Origin: Fidelibacterota bacterium
GTDB taxonomy: Bacteria; Fidelibacterota; Marinisomatia; Marinisomatales; JACNKV01
Assembly (NCBI GenBank): GCA_014381855.1
Contig: JACNKV010000084.1
Coordinates: 22,341-86,340, forward strand
DNA length: 64,000 nucleotides
Direction: 5' to 3'
The notes below the pieces were generated by a model that searched no databases, had not been told where the DNA came from, and saw only the letters and a program-made list of their open reading frames with translations. The position numbers and the translations under genes are program-made. Within the stretch, counting starts at the first letter, position 1. Every line of letters begins with the position of its first letter. Below, in pieces: positions 61,084-64,000 of the stretch.

Positions 61084-61119
61084 CCTATAAATTTAGAAAT
61101 AATACACAAATACATTCAA
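61084..61119 (-). promoter_or_regulatory. Candidate promoter of tRNA/tuf cluster
   Basis: Minus strand TTGAATGTATTT-N12-TAAATTTATAGG; same core and spacing as 48104..48139. Confidence 0.55.
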
Positions 61120-61208
61120 ATACTTTTTATAAATATATTAAAAAATATTTTACACGGTGTTTCAATCAAGAAAAATAAACTAAAAATCCAAAGCCTTATC
61201 TCAGAAGA

Positions 61209-62594
61209 TTAAACCGGCTGACACTTTGCTCCGTCAGGCGTGTCCTTCACCAACCATCCCAGCTTGTGGATTTTATCCCGAAGGTCATCAGATAATTTCC
61301 AATTTTTATTCGTACGGGCTTCCTCCCTTTCGTTGAGCAAAGATAATACCGTAGCAGGAATTTCTATCCGGCCGGGAAGCAAATCAAAAATGGAATTAAA
61401 TTTATCGATAAACCGTAATCCGGACGCTCCGTCTTCAAGGGTTAAACTGTCCTCGTCAAGCCGATGGTTCGTCTGTTTTATCCAGTTGAAAAACAAGGCA
61501 AGCGCTTGCGGAGTGTCCAAGTCATTCTCCAATGCTTTGACAAAATCATTAAATACCTTTGGAAAAGAAGCTGATGCAGTTTTATCACCGACAAACGAGG
61601 TTAAACGTTCATAGATATCGGAAATACGCTGTACGGCTTGATCGGCTTCATGTCGTTTCGACAATGAAAAGTTCAGCGTTTTTCTATAATGTGTATTGAG
61701 CAAAATGTATCGGAGTGTCTCAGGCGTAAATCCTTTTTCCAACAAATCGAATATTTGATAATAATTCCCAAGTGATTTACTCATCTTTCCGCCGTCAACC
61801 AGCAGATATTCACAATGCATCCATATATTTACAAACGGTTCACCGGTCGCACATTCTGATTGAGCAATTTCATTTTCATGATGCGGAAACATATTATCAA
61901 CCCCGCCGCAATGGATATCAAAATGAGCCCCTAAATACTCGGTGGACATCGCAGAACATTCAATATGCCATCCGGGTCTTCCCTTTCCCCAGGGAGAATC
62001 CCACGCCACATTTCCGTCTTCCTCTTTCCACGCCTTCCAAAGAACAAAATCCTGCGGATTGTCTTTTGTGTATTCATCAGAGATAATCCGTTCTGTTGAT
62101 TTTTGTCCGCCAAAATCCAGGTGTACGAGTTTCCCATACTCCGGATATGCATCAATTGAGAAATACACAGAGCCGTCACCGGCTTGATAGGCAAATCCGC
62201 CATCAATGAGTTTTTTTATCATCTTGATCATTGATTGTATATGTGCAGTCGCTCGGGGATATTCATCCGCCGGGAGGATTTTTAATCTCTTGAGATCGTC
62301 GAAAAATCTTTCTGTAAATGTCTCGGTGAGTTCTTGAATAGGAATTTTCTTTTCAATCGATTGTTTGATGGTTTTATCATCAACATCCGTGATATTCATG
62401 ACGTGGGTCATTTTATATCCTTTGAGAAGGAGAAACCGCTTCAATAAGTCTTCAAACAAGAATGCACGAAAATTTCCGATATGTGCGACATCATATACCG
62501 TTGGTCCGCAAGTGTAAAGTTTAACCTCCCCTTTTTTGATAGGCGTGAATGTTTCTTTTTGTCTCGTAATTGTGTTATAGAACTTTGTTGACAT
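61209..62594 (-). CDS. cysS: Cysteinyl-tRNA synthetase
   Basis: LYTCGPTVYDVAHIGNFRAFLFEDLLKR; GRPGWHIECSAMS; FPHHENEIAQSE; GGKMSKSLGN. Confidence 0.98.
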   Translation of the reverse strand: MSTKFYNTITRQKETFTPIKKGEVKLYTCGPTVYDVAHIGNFRAFLFEDLLKRFLLLKGYKMTHVMNITDVDDKTIKQSIEKKIPIQELTETFTERFFDDLKRLKILPADEYPRATAHIQSMIKMIKKLIDGGFAYQAGDGSVYFSIDAYPEYGKLVHLDFGGQKSTERIISDEYTKDNPQDFVLWKAWKEEDGNVAWDSPWGKGRPGWHIECSAMSTEYLGAHFDIHCGGVDNMFPHHENEIAQSECATGEPFVNIWMHCEYLLVDGGKMSKSLGNYYQIFDLLEKGFTPETLRYILLNTHYRKTLNFSLSKRHEADQAVQRISDIYERLTSFVGDKTASASFPKVFNDFVKALENDLDTPQALALFFNWIKQTNHRLDEDSLTLEDGASGLRFIDKFNSIFDLLPGRIEIPATVLSLLNEREEARTNKNWKLSDDLRDKIHKLGWLVKDTPDGAKCQPV

Positions 62595-62788
62595 AATTAT
62601 TTATCCATGAATTGAATTGTTATGGTTCCAAAAATATGGGTAGAAGGGTTGATGGGTATAATGAGTAATCACAAATTCTCGACACTCCAACACCTAACGT
62701 CCGACATCTAACACAAACCACAAAGTCTTTGTGTTCATGATAGAGAGAACAACTCTTTCGCTGTATGTCATAGAACTTCAAAAAAATA

Positions 62789-63682
62789 TCATCCGTTTAG
62801 CGCTTCGGTAATAATTTTGTTGATGAGTTCAGAAAAAGTTCCTCCGCCTGATTGATATGCCTTAGGTACCAGACTGGTATCTGTCATACCAGGAAGCGTA
62901 TTCATTTCGAGAAACCAATATCTTCCGTTGTCATCTAATCGAAAATCCACGCGACCGTACCCGGAGCAATTCAGTGCTTCATACATCCGCAGTGCATCGT
63001 TCTGAATTTGATTCGTCAACGCTTCCGGTATCTTTGCCGGACACTCATACCGACTCATCCCGGTGGTGTATTTACATTCATAATCATACAGTTCATGTGA
63101 GGGGACAATTTCAACGATCGGAAATACATCTTTTCCAACAATGGCTACTGTAATCTCACGCCCGGGGATGAACGTCTCCAACAGAATTTTATCACTATGT
63201 ACACTTGCTCGGTCAATAGCCGGAATGAGTTCGTCTTCATTATGAACGATAGATAATCCCACGGTACTCCCTTGGTCATTTGGTTTGACGACCAAGGGAA
63301 ATATAAGGTTCTTTGGAATATCATCTGATGGATTTATCAAATACCAATCCGGTGTATCGAACTCGGCCTCTCTGACTACTCCTTTACTCAGATGTTTGTT
63401 CATGCATAAGTAAGAAGCTTCCGGACCCGACCCGGTGTACACAATATTTTCCTCATCTAAACATCGTTGAATATCACCATTTTCACCTTCACCCCCGTGC
63501 AGTGCATTAAAAACGATATCCATATTTCTTAACCGGGGTAGGACTGATTCGATCGAATCATTTAACATGACGGAATCCACCTCATAATTCAACTGCTCAC
63601 AGGCTTTAGCCACCGCCGTCCCGGTGGATATCGAAATCTCACGTTCGGTGGACGTTCCTCCCATTAATATTGCGACGTTCAT
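62789..63682 (-). CDS. ddl: D-alanine--D-alanine ligase
   Basis: MNVAILMGGTSTEREISISTG; VVKPNDQGSTVGLSIV; GYGRVDFRLDDNGRYWFLEMNTLPGMTDTSLVPKA. Confidence 0.96.
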   Translation of the reverse strand: MNVAILMGGTSTEREISISTGTAVAKACEQLNYEVDSVMLNDSIESVLPRLRNMDIVFNALHGGEGENGDIQRCLDEENIVYTGSGPEASYLCMNKHLSKGVVREAEFDTPDWYLINPSDDIPKNLIFPLVVKPNDQGSTVGLSIVHNEDELIPAIDRASVHSDKILLETFIPGREITVAIVGKDVFPIVEIVPSHELYDYECKYTTGMSRYECPAKIPEALTNQIQNDALRMYEALNCSGYGRVDFRLDDNGRYWFLEMNTLPGMTDTSLVPKAYQSGGGTFSELINKIITEALNG

Positions 63683-64000
63683 TGAGAAACCTCTGTCAAT
63701 GTTTTTGCACCCGCCAATAAATCCTCAGCAATGTACGTCGGATTATATTCACCACTCTTTTGCAATTTTTTTCCATTTCCCGTTAAAACCAACATTGTAT
63801 CCATCCCCAAATTTTTGCCGGCCTTCATATCAACCATGCTGTCTCCGATGATTAAAGAGTGTCCCAAGTCAATATAATGATCTTTAGCTGCTTCTAAAAA
63901 CATCCCAGGTCCGGGTTTTCGCATATTCGTCGCTCTGTCCGGATGGTCGGCATTCCAATAAATGCCCAACAATGGCAACTCATTCTGAAAAAATACTTTT
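63679..64000 (-). CDS. HAD-family phosphatase (GmhB/HisB-N type), partial, continues past window end
   Basis: YWNADHPD..MRKPGPGMFLEAAKDHYIDLGHSLIIGDSMVDMKAGKNLGMDTMLVLTG; frame open to 64000. Confidence 0.85.
   Translation of the reverse strand, partial: KVFFQNELPLLGIYWNADHPDRATNMRKPGPGMFLEAAKDHYIDLGHSLIIGDSMVDMKAGKNLGMDTMLVLTGNGKKLQKSGEYNPTYIAEDLLAGAKTLTEVSQ

Overview
This 64 kb window is a conserved housekeeping segment of a bacterial chromosome. Every gene I can support lies on the minus strand. In transcription order (high to low coordinate) it holds: a HAD phosphatase (partial), ddl, cysS, tRNA-Thr/Tyr/Gly/Thr, tuf (copy 2), rpmG, tRNA-Trp, secE, nusG, rplK-A-J-L, rpoB-rpoC, rpsL-rpsG-fusA-tuf (copy 1), the whole S10/spc/alpha ribosomal protein block down to rplQ, a GHL10-type hydrolase, ffh-rpsP-khpA-rimM-trmD-rplS, asnS, then a mixed set (acyP, nadE, U32 peptidase, usp, pepA, rmuC, lepA, polA, ABC transporter, alr, symporter, DUF1343/NamZ-like protein, outer-membrane protein) and a truncated alaS. 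Gene content, a TTG-N20/21-TAnnTTT promoter-like pattern and the protein sequences suggest the FCB superphylum, possibly Marinimicrobia-like, but this is inference only. I found no CRISPR array, transposase, phage, defence locus or obvious novel multi-gene system. The most unusual observations are: (1) an in-frame TGA inside asnS at a position normally glycine; (2) two apparently identical 1,221-bp tuf blocks that extend exactly into the GTG start of two unrelated genes; (3) matching 36-bp promoter-like sequences ahead of rpsL and the tRNA/tuf cluster; (4) a Lys-rich N-terminal extension on L5 and a Glu/Lys-rich C-terminal extension on S16; (5) a perfect 9-bp hairpin at the rplL/rpoB junction; (6) an ABC ATPase with substitutions in several catalytic motifs. 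All calls come from reading the sequence and ORF translations; no database search was run.
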